Made by a program: the position numbers and the translations under genes. The notes beneath the pieces are model-generated. The model was not told the DNA's origin. It made no database searches and saw only the letters and a list, made by a program, of their open reading frames with translations. A stretch of 59,999 nucleotides of DNA, the filler included, from Sphacelaria rigidula (taxonomy: Eukaryota), in assembly GCA_964200075.2 (NCBI GenBank). It is 5 parts of 5 records of this genome, joined end to end, with 100 filler letters (N's around TTAATTAATTAA, not from the genome) between each part and the next. Parts side by side here need not be neighbours in the genome. Positions count along the whole stretch, not along the records: positions 24,043 to 35,961 come from CAXNAA020004337.1; positions 36,062 to 47,980 come from CAXNAA020004338.1; 3 more parts are not named here. One strand, 5' to 3'. Positions 25,807 to 39,500 of this stretch are shown here, piece by piece (the stretch's first letter is position 1; each line of letters starts with the position of its first letter).

Positions 25807-26168
25807 AAGATTTTAATTCTCCTGGGTTTCTCATCCTCAATAAAAGATCCATCTCCAATTTGTAAGATCCTGTGTTTACTACTGTTAGAGGTACACGCTG
25901 GGCTTGATGTTTTTTTCTCATCCAAGCACCTGTCTCGTTCAATTACTTAGAGCCGTCGCCAGACCGAGGGAAAAGGTTTCCCTCTCAGGGTCCGTTCGAG
26001 TATAGTCAGCCCTTTCAGCGCCCAGAGACGGATGCCTGAGTCTGTAGTCGTCTTTCAAACGAATACAGTGGCAGTTCAGCAGGTGGATCCACCTCGGCGC
26101 TCAAAGAACGTACAGCAGCGAAATTCGTCGAAACACGAGAACGCGATCGTCCCTACACGCGGCCTGAC

Positions 26169-26462
26169 CTATTCTTCCCCCCCCTCTTCCTCCTCCTCCT
26201 CCTCCTCTCCTTCACTGTCGCTTGACGTGTCCCCCGCCAACATCCCATGCTGCTGCGGTTGCTGTTGCTGCTGCTGCCATTGCTGCTGCTGCACATCGGC
26301 GGTGTGCGTGTCAACGAGAAGAAAGGAGGTGCGTGACACATTTGCTGGTCCACTGCTTCCTCTCGCTGCCGGCGTCGCTACGGTCGTTGACTCGGTTGCG
26401 GTCGGCGAGTCCCCGACATGATCGTCACGGGCATCCTGTGGACGAGACATAACCGCGGGACG
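26169..26462 (-). CDS. Possible terminal exon of a low-complexity (poly-Q, poly-E) protein
   Basis: GC-rich open frame after a TTTCAG acceptor: ..MSRPQDARDDHVGDSPTATES...QQQQWQQQQQQPQQH...SEGEEEEEEEEGGEE*. No recognisable domain. Confidence 0.35.
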   Translation of the reverse strand, partial: RPAVMSRPQDARDDHVGDSPTATESTTVATPAARGSSGPANVSRTSFLLVDTHTADVQQQQWQQQQQQPQQHGMLAGDTSSDSEGEEEEEEEEGGEE

Positions 26463-28725
26463 CTGAAACTTGAAAACACGGTAGCAACTTCATCTCTAAC
26501 GTGTGGGCCTTTACAAGCTGCTCCAGGGAGTCCCTGTTGTTCATGCCAGCGATGATTGTGTTCTTCACGTGAAAAAAATAGCCGGCCGGACAGTTGACAC
26601 CGCTTGAACGCACATTGTACCCACGAACTCATGAAATGCACAAAGCCACACATTCAAGAACAAGCACAGGGATAGGGGGAAGGGGGATGGGGGAGGGAGG
26701 GAAGGAGCTCCAACACTGTGCTTCATTGAAGTGGTAACTAGTCACTCACGTTTTGCGCGCCGCCGCTGTGCAGTCTAATCTGAGGGAGCAAAAAAAAATG
26801 CTGTATCTTGCTGTATTGGATTAAGGCGTCAAAGAATTTCCAATGCTGGTCGCTATGCGGTTGTCCTGCTGCCCAACGTGTCGCATAGCTCATAGGGAAA
26901 GCATGAATATTTTCGCACTACATACTGAAGCTGTCGATACTTGAACTGTGGGGACGTCACGAAACAGCTACAGCCGATTCATTGAAAACGGAAGCTTGAC
27001 TATACCTCCCCCGGACACACAAAGAGCATTTTTGTCTTTCATTCATTGAACCGCTTTCTTGACCAACTCTCACCGGACAAAATCGAAACAAATGGTTGAC
27101 TTCGATCGCCGTTGGTTTCCTGACACGATTTTGAGCGGAGAGGAGAAAACGTGTTTCATGGCACAAACTTGGAGTTGCACACATGTCGCTCCCGTGATTT
27201 AGAGGTTTTGAACCTGTACAACAGCACCCAAAAAGGACACAACCACTGCACAGTCATCACGTGATTCCTTCAAGTTGGTATGAACAACACTTTGTTCATA
27301 CTCCAGCTCTGTACAGTCCGGAAAACAGCAGTAATGCTGCAACTCACGTAATCTCCAGCGCAGATCAAACCGCATTGGTGGAGTTTAAACGTACTAACGA
27401 TGGGTGTGGGCACGAAGCGCCTTGTTCATTTTACAGACGACACACCACGCCATGACATTGTCAAAGGTCTGTGGACAGCACCACGTGCCAACTAAAAATG
27501 GCGTATCGGTCGGGACACAAGAAGGGTACAACAGTTCATGCAATCCCCAGCGCAATCAAACCGCCTCCGCAGGGTCCAAATGCACCACACTGCAGTGTCA
27601 GCTACAGCACAGGAATGTTGGGTTGGGGCACGAAGCGAGCTGTTCGTTGCGAAAGACAAAGCATCCAACCAACACATCACGACATTTTCAAGTCTGACGG
27701 GACAGTACCGCGTACCGACTACAATCATCAAGTACACAGCGAAACGCGATAAGCCAGCAAGCAGCTCAGGCAGTCCTGGCGAAGACATAACCGTATTCGC
27801 AAGGTCAAGACCCACCACACTACAGTGACAGCTGCAGCACATGAGTCGCCATGCATTTCTTTGGGCTGCAGTACAGTGAAACATGACATTGCCTTCGACC
27901 GCTCCTCAATGGTGGTCAGGGGTTCAAAATGGGGTTCCCATTCTGATCATAAATGCACTCGCTGACCAAGATTCAAAATCGTAGGGGTCACTTTTGTTGG
28001 AATCCTTACATTTTTTGTTCGACAAGAGCACGTTTTTTCACCAACCGATTTTTGACGGCCAGGGGTCCACACGTTACACGTTCACGTTCGCGTTTCGTTC
28101 ATAACGTTTTTGAAATTGAACTTTCACGTTACGTTTCGTTTGGCACGTGTAAAAGAATAACGTTGCGTTAACGTTTCACTTGAAAAATTCAAAGTTACGT
28201 TCATCACGTGAAAAAAAAATCAACGTTACCTTTCGTTACACGTAACGTGATATGTAACGTTTCATGGAACATGTAACGTCGAATATAACGCTTCGCTGAC
28301 ACGTGTAATGTTCGAATGTAACGCTTTATTCTGTGCATGTCGCGGCTCATCAATCAATGTTTGAGGCGTCGTGACGTGTCGTGTAAAGCGTGACGTTGTC
28401 GTGTATGTGACGCTGACGGTGGCTCGTCTCATGTTCGAGAGTGGGTGCATTATCTGATTGTGTAACGATACTTTCTGTACAGTGTATCGTTCATTCGTTT
28501 TTAACCGTTATATTTTCATATATCTTATTTTCTGTTCATATTTTTGTTTTGAATTTTCAATTTTCAGTTTTCAAATGCTTGGTCATTCGCCCGACAGCAC
28601 ATACTGTTCACACAACAGATCGTGAACATGATTGAACGCCTGCTTCAGTCGTCCCGGCATTTCGCAGACAAAACTATATCGGGTACCCTTGGTTCTATAT
28701 ATTTGTATGTATACATAATAAGATA

Positions 28726-29277
28726 CAGTAGTGGGCGGCCTAACTAATCATTTTGGGGCATTTTGTGATTTTTTTCGTAATTGGCGATTTTCTCGGGCTC
28801 TTTCTGCTTGCCACCGCTTTTCATATCGGGGGTCTGAAGATATGGGTATCCGCTCCACATTTCAAGGAGAAAAAATAATCTGTACTTAACATCAAGTAGC
28901 TCACGGCCTGACCGGTCATCGGGGGTCCTCCTACATTTCAGCCCAGATTCTAATTCTTCGGTATTTTTGGTCGATCGAACCCATCCCGATTATACTTGTG
29001 AAGAAATGTGAAGTTTTTTTTTTTGGAAATCCTGCATACTCATTGCACTAGGGCCGAAAAACTGTGTTTCACTGTCAATAACACCCTCCTGATGAACGGG
29101 GTATTTTCTCGTTTCGCCCGATAACACCAGCTAACAATAACTTGGGCACTGTATTTCGAGGATGATCTGTTTTGTTCCACCAAAATCTACCGACACTGGC
29201 AATTTCGACTTCTATCGAAGAGAAGTACGCGAGGAAAACCCCAAAATACCCCAAAATAGTTAGACCGCCCACTACTG
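28726..29277. mobile_element. Tc1/mariner-type MITE (552 bp)
   Basis: TIRs CAGTAGTGGGCGG(C/T)CTAACTA...TTTTGGGG at both ends, flanked by TA (28724-28725, 29278-29279). Confidence 0.88.
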
Positions 29278-29566
29278 TAGTTCATCACGGCCGTCAAAGG
29301 CAGGCGAACGTATGTAAGCATGTATGCATGTATGACAGGTTTACACCGCGGTCCAGGCGATCAGTGCACTTACCTAGCGGAGAAATTATATCTCCCCATG
29401 TCGAGGGAAATAAAAACGGGCAATGGTCTCACACGCGGCCATTCGGCCACTCCCCAAAATGCCTCCGGAGGGATGCGCGGCCCTCCGGAGGCGTTTAGTT
29501 CCTCTGGAGACTCGAAAAGTTGACTGACCTGGAGGAATTTTGGGGGTAGCCAGATGGCTGCGTGTG

Positions 29567-30936
29567 CTAGAAAAGGTATGTCTTCTCGGATTTTGCCGGG
29601 AAAAGGTACGACAAATGAACAGAAACGCGAAAACAGCAAAGCACACAATCTACACCGATTTCGCTCCAAATTTTCACGCACAGCAATCGGGGGGGTCCTC
29701 GGCACCCGGACATGAACAAAAACCGAGAAAAAATCGTGTTACTCGCGAGATATGGCCATACGCAGAAGGACGTCTGGCCTCCAGAAACCACTTCCCCGTT
29801 CTAGGCCAAATGTCGACCAGGTATATACCTGATCTAGGGATTGTTTTCCAATCGTACCTTATCTGGGCCACCAGTCGGCCCCGAAAGTACCTGTCTGGGA
29901 AATCGCTTCCAGCACCGTACCTGGTGCGGCACACTGCACGCAAGGGAATCTACGCGCCAACTCCAACCATGACACCCACACATTCGGCTGTTTTCCCGCC
30001 GATTTGTCGTTTGCAAACGCCACAACCATTGACCCTTTTCTCCCCGGAAATGTTTCCCGGGTCTCTCCGCATCGACATGAGACCTGGACTCACAACTCAC
30101 AACCCTTCGGTCTTCTACGCTTGCGGAGGGTTATCTAACATCATGCCGTTGCGATCTAGGGCTTGTGTCACGTTCCGTATCAACCCTTTGACCGCGAGGG
30201 TAGGTCACCGGCTGAATCGGCACCAATGTTCACTGGAAAAACTTATGCATGATCCAGGTGGACTACCCGCACCGCGGTCCAAGGGTTAACCCTTGTGGGA
30301 CCCCTTTCCCCCACAATCGCAATTTGATGGCAGGTGTCCAATATTTTTCCCCACGTCAAAATGATGCCAATCCACACCTTCTGGTGAAATGGCATCGTGT
30401 TGACTTGGGGAAAATATTGACACCTGCCACTAACACACGATTGTTGTGGGAGGAAAGTGGGGAAAAGTGTCACAAACATACCGAAAAGAGTCAATGGTTG
30501 TGGCATTTGTGAACGACAAATGGGCAGGAAAAGAGCCGAATGTGTGGGTGTCATGGTTGGAGTTGGCGCGTAGATTCTATTGCGCGCGGTGTGTCGCATC
30601 AGGTACGGTGTGGGAAGCGATTGCCTAGGACAGGTAATTTCTGGGCCGACGGGTGGTCCAGATAAGGTACGATGAAAAATAATCCCTACATCAGGTACAC
30701 CTAGAGAGGGGAAGTGGTTTCTGGAGGCCAGACGTCCTGCTGCGCATGGCCATATCTCGCGAGTAACATGATTGTTCCTCGGTTCTTTTATGTCCGGGTG
30801 CCGAGGACCCCCCCGATTGCTGTGCGTGAAAATTTGGAGATAAATCGGTGTACATCGTGTGTTATGCTGTTTTCGCGTTTCTGTTCATTTTTCGTACCTT
30901 TCTTTGGCAAAATTCGAGAAGGCATACCTTTTCTAG
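29567..30936. repeat. Long inverted repeat (~460-bp arms)
   Basis: 29567-30040 is the clearly alignable reverse complement of 30483-30936 (e.g. CTCCAAATTTTCACGCACAGCAATCGGGGGGTCCTCGGCACCCGGACAT). Confidence 0.9.
30184..30285. mobile_element. piggyBac-type mini-MITE (~100 bp)
   Basis: CCCTTTGACCGCG...CGCGGTCCAAGGG, with TTAA on the right and TCAA on the left. A diverged relative lies at ~59354-59450. Confidence 0.65.
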
Positions 30937-31229
30937 GCCATCGCCCAATAAAATCCAACCACACTTTGTATTGTGACCGATCTTGCGTCGTTTTTTCCTT
31001 ATTCGGGAGCCCGATTTTTTTTTCAATCCCAGACGCTTACGGGTGTTTGCAAACAAAGTAGAGCCTGCACGTCTACCGTAGCGCAGGCTGAAGTCATATC
31101 CTCTGCATCTGCATGCACTGCCATGTACGTGCATCTGCATGTAGCCTTGAACCTTACAGTCAAAACGGCGTAGAGCCAAAGACATTGCCGATATCACCGC
31201 TGCCAAATGCGAGCCTGCCTCCCGTTGTC

Positions 31230-31670
31230 GCGAACAAATGATTGCCTACCTCGTACATAATACTGTGTGTGCAAAGTACAGGGTGTTCGTATCCTCATAC
31301 TACTACTGTATATTGTGCTTGCAAAGTACAGCAACCACGTCCTACTGTAATAGCAAGTACAGCCTATGCTTGCAACTTTACACTGCAATACTGTGTTCGC
31401 GAGTACAGCTGTGTTCGCGAGTACAGCCTGTACTTGTAACCTCGCACTACTGTGCTTGCAGAGTACAGACTGCACTTGCAACCTTGCACTACTGTGCTTG
31501 CAGAGTACAACCTATATTTACAACCTTGCACTACTGCGCTCACAGAGTACAGCCTGTACTTGCAATCTTGCACTGCTGTTCTTGCAGAGTACAGCCTGTA
31601 GTCGGAAGTACAGTAGTATAAGGTTAGAAATACAGCCTGCACTTGTAACCTCGTACTGTTAGCAAAATAC
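31230..31670. repeat. 42-bp tandem array
   Basis: Unit GCTTGCAGAGTACAGCCTGTACTTGCAACCTTGCACTACTGT, with GAGTACA at 31419, 31461, 31503, 31545 and 31587. Confidence 0.9.
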
Positions 31671-34305
31671 GCGACTTGTACTTGTACCGTTGAATAGTAG
31701 ATACGTCATCCTCTAGGATTTCAAAATTCATTGCACACTTCAAGTGTGCACTGCTTCATGTCACGTGTAACGTCTAATGCACGTGTAACGTGTAATAGAC
31801 GTTACACGTGACATGAAACGTTTCGTACAACGCGTTTTGAACGCATGGGTAATTTCAAGTTCACGTCACGTTTCGTTCGACAGGTTGAAAAAAATTAACG
31901 TTACGTTGACGTTACGTTCATCACGTGAAAAAAATAACGTTCACCTTACGTTTCGGCCAAAACGTAACGTGAACGTGAACTGTAATGTTGTGGCACGTGT
32001 AACGTGTAGACCCCTGCTAAAAATCAGGTGCGATTTTGATTTTGAACGGCTCACGAAGGCTTGGTCTTAGAGCCGAGCGAAAATTCCCGGATGAATAATT
32101 GAGCTTGGTGACATTTGACTCTATTTCCGACCCCGAAACGGGACAGATCGCCGCCACATGTCTCTTGACACGACGCATTACCTCACTGAGATGAGCCCGA
32201 CTCATCTACCCCATTTGCTCGCGTTTTAGGTTTTACCAAAGGCCGCTGGCTAATATTCTACTGGACGTGAAATGCGATATTTTCCAAATTCGTACATCAT
32301 CTTGGTATTTGCCGATTTCCAGGTGGATATTCGGCGGGTGGTCATTCGCAGCACCTAGGAGCCTAGCGATCCGGGAAATGGGACCAGCCCCCTTTGGGTG
32401 AACTGATGCCTAGTGTTGGCGACACGCGGCGACGATATCCCCCGTTCTTCGGTCGAGAACGGTGCCAAAAGTCAAACATCCAACAGAACGTGTTCCCCAT
32501 GAATGGACTATACCAGTACGAAGGTTGAAACAGGTACTTGGTCTGCCTGAGATATTATGCAGTGAGTACGGTCTGTTTCTCACTGCAGTCCCTGTCTTCA
32601 ACCGTCTATACTGTACAGTCCGCGGTGGGAAGGAGTCAAGACAAACCGAACATTATTATACCGATGCATCTGCGGTCACCGTTCGAGTAGCCACGATGTG
32701 ATCGGCAGCGGATCGTTCATCACCGATGCATGCACATTCTGGTACAATTTTTTGTAGCGAGTGAGTGTTGTCATTTCAATCGTATTTTGTGCACGACGGT
32801 GCGCATCTCTCTGCGATAAATAGTCCGCTGTCGATCAAACCACCACCACTCGAACGGAGACGGCTGGCACTTGCACCAAGTGGGCTAATTCGACCGCAAC
32901 ATACTCGGGTGGTTTTGCGGGAGAGAAAAGTTCAATTCTGCTTCAAAGAACCACCGTATTTTCGAAGGACCACGTCTTGATCTGTATGCAAGAAGGAGGG
33001 AGATGTATGGGAGACACAGGGAAATGGTCTGAAAAAAAGATCCTGGTCGAAAGAAAAAAAAAACAAGCGCAACGTTGGCGTCGTGTATCGGCTATCAATG
33101 CATGCCGATACATCGGACAACGGGCATCAGACCGATATGTTGCCAGTCTGAGTGCCCGATACAAAGGTCGCTTTGTATTGAGTACAAAGGTATGATTGAT
33201 TGTTGCACACTGATGCTACGAATCCAGCCACGGCCATGTACATACTCGGACGCACTTGCTGAAGGGAACCGAGGAACGGGGAAACTTCAAGAAGGGAGGA
33301 AGAACAGACTACACGCCAAGCGAGGAAGGGGTGTACTCATGACCATGCATGCCATAAGCATCAGACCACTGGAGGAAGGGGAGGAGGAAAAGCAAGGAGG
33401 GGAAACTCAAAGAGGCACACGATAAAACGCCAGGCCGAGACCTGATACCTGTCGCGGATAAAAAAAATAAGAAAAAAACGCAAGACATCTGCCGCACGGC
33501 TTCACGTAAGGAGACCCTTGCATGCCGGTATACGGTACGCATTACAGTGTAGTACAGCAGTGCAGTTTCTTGTGAACGATGTCTGCAGCCCCCTCAGTGC
33601 TCGCTAGCGTATGATGACTCTGAAAAACTTCATGACTCTCGCTCCGAGAATACACTCGTACGTCCTACTGATGAAACACGTGCTGCGTCTCGAAAAGTCT
33701 GCGAAGACAATACACGCGAACTTTTACGGTAGGGTTTGCGTGGCATATATTGCTTCTTACTCCACCAGGCAGAGTTCTGGGCTGCCTAAACCAAAATAAG
33801 ACGATCGTCTTGACTGAGCGTTGACTTCTTAGTCCGGCCGGACACTCAATTTTTTCCAAAGCGGTAGTATTATTAATTTCATGTGCCGTCTGTGTGTTCC
33901 TTCTGCGCCCATACTCTGTTCGATTCTTCTTCCCCTGCTGCAAAGGTGTTGCTGTACTTTCCTTCGTTGCTTTGAATGTTTGGCATAGTTGCTGCACGGC
34001 AGCTTTTCTACAGCATTCTCTGCGTGGTTCTCAAGGAAGATCAGTCCAAAGCGCGTATTCTATTGTTTTTGCCTCAAGCGGCGCTTCCACGCAGGTCCCT
34101 TCCTCAGCCAGAGACCGGGAAGCGCCTGGTCCCTGAACGCGCAACCCTGAAACGCTTTGAATGAAAAACCAAGCACGTCTACTTAATGGCATCCACACGC
34201 AACTACACATACTCGTACCCGAACTGCTTTTCTCTTCCTTGCGCATGGAGTCAGGGACAAACAGCAGGGAGAGTATCTCAGTGCATCCATCACACATCCC
34301 CTCAC

Positions 34306-35961
34306 CTGCACTGGCCGCATAGGCATGTAGTGCCCATCGCCACCCTTGTCCCTACCCTCCTCGTCCGCACGAACCACCGCACGGTCTATTGCACGAGCAG
34401 GGAGAGCTACGGGATTGTCGTCCTGAACTCGGGAGATGATCTCCCCGTGGGGCGAGGAGCCTCTTGATCCGACCGGTGAAGCGGCGTCGCCACCGGGGCG
34501 AGTGTATTCGCGTTGCACGGTCAAGCGCGACGCCGGCTTCCTGTCGCCTCTCGAAGCGAAGAATGACGGCTTTTTCTCTGATCTCATCTCGGCTAAAACG
34601 GTGGCCGGAGCACCAGAAAGGCCACTTGACTTTTTGGTTCGTGGCGCAGCGGGAGCGGTATTCTGCTTCCTTTTCGATCCGTCTTTGCCAAAAGTATTCT
34701 TTCCGTCGTCCCTTGGCCGTTGACGCTTCTCCTTCTTGATAGTAGCCACAGCGACCTCTGCTGTATGAGGCGCCAGAATCGCAGCCTCTTCCCCGTCCGT
34801 TTGCCCAGCGCTGGTTGCGCCACCGCGGACGCCGGCGGCAGCAGCAGAATAGCTGTTCCCAGACCGAGAAGGTGTCGTCACTCCCGCCACCGTCGCCAGA
34901 ATATCGTCGTGGTAGCGCTCAAACTCCGCAAGTTCGTCATCATCGTCTTCGTCCTCATCCTCATCGTTGTCTCGCCCTTGCTCCTTCTCCTCGACCCTAT
35001 TAGGTCCTTCGCTCGGATCCCCTCCCCACGCGCCCTTCCGATCGTGCTTCGCCTTGCTGCCGGTGCCACGTGTTACCTTGACTGCTTTCGCCTTCTTTGC
35101 AAGGTCGGCTGCTCGCTTACGCGCGGCGGCAGCCTCCTCTACCGCGGCCATGGAAGAGGCTTTGCCGACACTCCGCGGCCGCTTGCCATTAGGTACTCTA
35201 CGCCTGCCCGACCCTCCGCCTGTGCTTGCCCCCCCCCGTCCACCTCGTTGTATCCGCGAGTGATGGCCAGATGACTCAGGGACGAGTGCTGGCGACGTCG
35301 TACGGGAGCGGCCGCAAGGCTTCTTGCTTGCCGACGGCGATGACCCTTCTCCCACCAACGGACTCGACGAACTTTCCTCATGGCGATAACGTTTTGTACG
35401 CAGTGGCGGTGACGGCTGTGGTGGCAACAGGTTGTCGTGATTCGGAATTTTAACATCTGAGCATTCATTAGTGCGGTTTCCGGACCAAGGTGTCGTCACT
35501 CCCGCCACCGTCGCCAAAATATCGTCATGGTAGCGCTCAAACTCCGCAAGTTCATCGTCTCCATCTGTATCTTCATCTTCATCATTGTCTCGCCCTTGCC
35601 TCTTCTCCTCCCCTCCTAAACCATGTCCTGCGCTAGCTTCCCCGTGCCACGCGCCTCTTGGATCGTGCTCCCCTTCCTTCCCGCACCTGCTCTCGCTCGC
35701 ACGTGTTGCCCTGTCTGCTTTCGCCTTTTTCGCACGGTCGGCTGCTCGCTTACGCGCGGCGGCAGCCTCCTCTACCGCGGCCATGGAAGAGGCTTTGACG
35801 ATAACCCCCGCCCGCTCGCCACCGGATGCTCCCTGCCTGCCCGACCCTCCGCCTGTGCTTGCCCCCACCCGTCCACCTCGTTGTATCCGCGAGTGATGGC
35901 CAGATGACTCAGGGACGAGTGCTGGCGACTTCGTACGGGAGCGGCCGCAAGGCTTCTTGCC
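34306..35961 (-). CDS. Large low-complexity exon (hypothetical protein) with an internal tandem duplication
   Basis: The frame is open from the contig end (35961) to a CAG|GTGAGG donor at 34306/34305 (552 codons). GC-rich, with charged/Gly/Ser/Ala composition. The block KASSMAAVEEAAAARKRAAD...DDELAEFERYHDDILATVAGVTTP occurs twice in frame. Confidence 0.7.
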
Positions 35962-36061
35962 NNNNNNNNNNNNNNNNNNNNNNNNNNNNNNNNNNNNNNN
36001 NNNNNTTAATTAATTAANNNNNNNNNNNNNNNNNNNNNNNNNNNNNNNNNNNNNNNNNNNN
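35962..36061. other. Artificial contig linker
   Basis: N-run with TTAATTAATTAA. Confidence 0.99.
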
Positions 36062-36578
36062 AAGCAAGAAACAGCCGGCACAAAAAGCGGAGAAGGACAC
36101 TCCTGTCAAATAGCAGTATTATTTAACCACCCCCCCCCCCCCCCCCCCCCCCCCCACAGCCTTCCCGGTGGAAATCCGGCGTGCTCTGTCCCGGCTCTGT
36201 ACGGACAGACTCCCCAAAGGGTTGGCGTCGGTTGGCGGAGACGCTGTAAAATACGCCACGCACTGAGAACGCGAACGAACCATCTTCCCGTTTTTATTTC
36301 GAGCGCTCGTGTTTTTTTGCGATAACCATCATGGTGATCGATCTAAATCATTTCGTGCGGGGTGGGACAACCTCAACTCCACGAAAATGGGGTGGTCATT
36401 TCACGTGTTCGCGTTCGCAGTGACGCAGCGTGGAACGTGTTGCTGTTTCTGAAAGTGGCGAAACTCAAAAAATGGATAACATATAGCACTACAACTCAAG
36501 ACACGCACACTTGAACCTGCCACACGTCTGCATTACTTTTACACCCCCTCTCATTGTCAAAGTATTTCCTTTCAGTAC

Positions 36579-39500
36579 CTCTGCGCCGGGAACGAGGTTG
36601 CCCAGCGCCACTTTGGCGTCTTTCATAGCATTGGCCATGAAAGCTCGCCGCTTGATCTCTTCGCTATCGCCCAGCTCCAGGTCCTCGTGGGAGCGCTTGC
36701 GGCTTCGTGCTCCCTGTAGAGACGATCAGTAAGGCGCACCCCAAATTTATCATACACATACGGACGGCCTCGAGGGGTTAACAGGGTTCAAAAACGAATG
36801 AAATGACACAAAAACGAAGCTTGCGTGTGAAGACTTTGAAGGAAGAATTTTTGTCGTGCAACTCGTGTGTGTATTGACTGGTTGATGACCAATCCTCCGA
36901 GAATCCATTGGTGATTTTTGTCCGTGAATCAGAATCATCTTGACTGGAAAATGACTGAAAATGATGTCGTTTCACTGAACAGCGATTGGGTTCCACAAGG
37001 GTTAATGCACATGGAGTATCCCAGGGGGGGTCGAACACGCACCCAAGGCAAACAAACGGTAACTCTGGTGGATGTTCTTTTTTTCCCTTCAACTTGTTTC
37101 ACTTGGCTTCTCAAGCATCATGCATCGCTGGCCTGACTTGTATTGTTAGCTTCGACAGGATCTGTTCATGCTGGATGGAAGGAAAAGCCACCAACCGTAC
37201 ACAGCGAAGACATGCTTCTCCACAAAAAGGATGTCGGCTTCTCACCAAGATGGCATTCGTCTTGTTCGATTGTGTTTGACGTTACAAAACAAGAGTCTAC
37301 TATGAACCAACCAACAGAAAGCACATGAGATTCACCTGGATTTGTGAAATTCATAAAAAAAATCGCACCACTACGGACCATTCCTCACAAGTGTACAAGC
37401 ATGAGGAGAGGGAGAAGAAATGATGCCCTTACTTGCTGACGGTACGAAATAAGACTCGACAACCGCACGACAGATTCAGTACAGTCCATCATGTCGAAAT
37501 GAACAGCACTGACGGAAAAAAAAAATGAGTTCATCGTTCCGTGCGCTTGATACACCACGAGTGGGGGGGGGGGCAGGTGACCGTGATTTTTCAATGTTTC
37601 CAGACCCGCCTGTTGGTGATTCGAATATTATTGAAAGGCACCGAAACGTTGACATGACATCTTCATCAAAAACAAAACCAACATCGCGGGGCATGCGAAG
37701 AAAAAACGAACAGGTGGAGCAATTTCAAGTTCAAGCGAAAAACTGGGAAATGCGAAAACTCCGTCAAAATAGAGAAATACGGCGGCATCCCCTAACTTGT
37801 TGCACGCACTCGCGGGCAGGAGATTCTGATATAATTTCGGCCAAAAATATTTGACATTGGGCGCACATCTTGTATGACAGGGCTGCGCCGCGATGGTCAA
37901 ACTGATACAACAGTCCCTACTTAGGCAGGTCACGAGTTCAAATCCTGACACGACCGTTCTTGTTTGAGCATACTGTCTGCTTCCTCCCGAATTGCGAAGA
38001 GTCTCGATCTTGTGGTGACGGCCCCGTATTGAGGGGGGGAAGAGGGTATAGTACTTGTCCTTTTTAGGGTGATACATGACAGTCGGCTCGGAGATTTTCT
38101 CCTATGATGGAGTTGTTCACGAGATTCATGCCATTTTCCAGCACTGCCTGTGTGCTCTTGGATGCGCATGTAGTATTCGTATGCCTTCGATGACCGCTCA
38201 TCGTGATTTTACCGCAAATTTTGTGAACAAAACGTCTCCAAAAACGCTTTACGCAACGTCATCGGGAGTACCCGATACTCAACGCAGTACAATAGCATCG
38301 CCAAAACTACGCCAACAGACCGCGGCGTCGGCCGAGCCGTGCGTCATCAGGTTGGTCTGCAGTTCACAGTGGTATCCTCAAGTGACCTACAAACGCGGGA
38401 TCTACTGCCGGCCCAGATCGTCTTCGCCATGACACACCTTGCGCTTGCCCAACACAAGCTGCATGTCATCATCGGGCACAAGCATGTCGGCTCGTGCAAA
38501 GGGACTGCACTCCTGGCCATCGGCATCACCGTCCAAGGCTCCCCAGTGCCCCTGCCCTTCGACTGAAGGGTTGTCGGCCACACGGCACTCCACCTCCATC
38601 TCGGGATCGATTGGGTCACCTCCGGGTGCGGCCGCAAATCCCGCGTCCACGTTAGTTCGGTGGGGGCAGTGATAGTCCGCCACCTGCACGATGAAGGCAC
38701 GCATTGAACGTACACCAAAATAAGTGGTTTCGGGTTCTCCACATGTCGGTCCAGTCAAGGCCTGTGCACAAAAAGTCTCGGGGGGCAATATCGATGAGTG
38801 TGCAAAACTCCGTGTTTTTCTGCCACATACGAACTCCAAAAATGAAACATGCTAACTTCTTCTAGACAAATTTCAAGGTTTCAGCGTTACTGCGCGCCAT
38901 CCGATCCATGATTCAGCAAGGCTGAAATACGAAGGAGAGATGCGGAATTCAGTCACCTGAATAACAAACAGGCGCCCCTCCTTCGAGGCACCGATTGCGT
39001 ACTTGGCGTGGGGTTTCGCCAGAACGAGCTTCACGGACACCTTTTCTCCGTGGTTGAGCGAGGGCAACAAATCCTGTGCCTTCGCCCGTCCGGCCTGCCA
39101 GGAATACAAAATCGACAAGGTGAATTACGTCGTGTCTCGCAAGATGTCACGCCACGGCAGCGGAACGTTCCGACGCTTTCACCACCCGGACATCATGAGC
39201 ACTCACACAAATATCTTGTGATCCTGAGGATCCTGTAATCCGAAACACCGCTAGAATTTCAAGGGAACAAGAAAAAACTACTTCCGCCAACGCAACTCCC
39301 GCACGCTTGAGATATATGCCCCTCCTCCCCCCGACGTGGGAGAATCTCAATTACACACAAAGGGGATGACCGTGCCACGTTGTGTTAGATGATGAGACAC
39401 AAATGAGGCGGTGTATAAGCTGTGGCTATGGCTGTCTCCGGAAGTGGCGAGGGCAGAAAATGAAGCAACTCATTGGAGGCTGTCATTCAAATGCAAAACA

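Larger units (their letters stand above)
28060..32016. mobile_element. hAT-like non-autonomous element with nested insertions
   Basis: TIR CAGGGGTCCACACGTTACACG at 28060 matches the reverse complement of CGTGTAACGTGTAGACCCCTG ending at 32016. ACGT-rich subterminal blocks at 28060-28330 and 31760-32016 mirror each other. No 8-bp TSD is visible. Confidence 0.7.

Noticed and set aside
29540..30289. 249-aa ORF
   Set aside because: It runs across an inverted-repeat arm and a MITE, the opposite arm is not open in the equivalent frame, and no domain is recognisable.
33611..33672. C/D box snoRNA-like ATGATGA...CTGA
   Set aside because: No convincing terminal stem or recognisable rRNA guide; such short motifs arise by chance.
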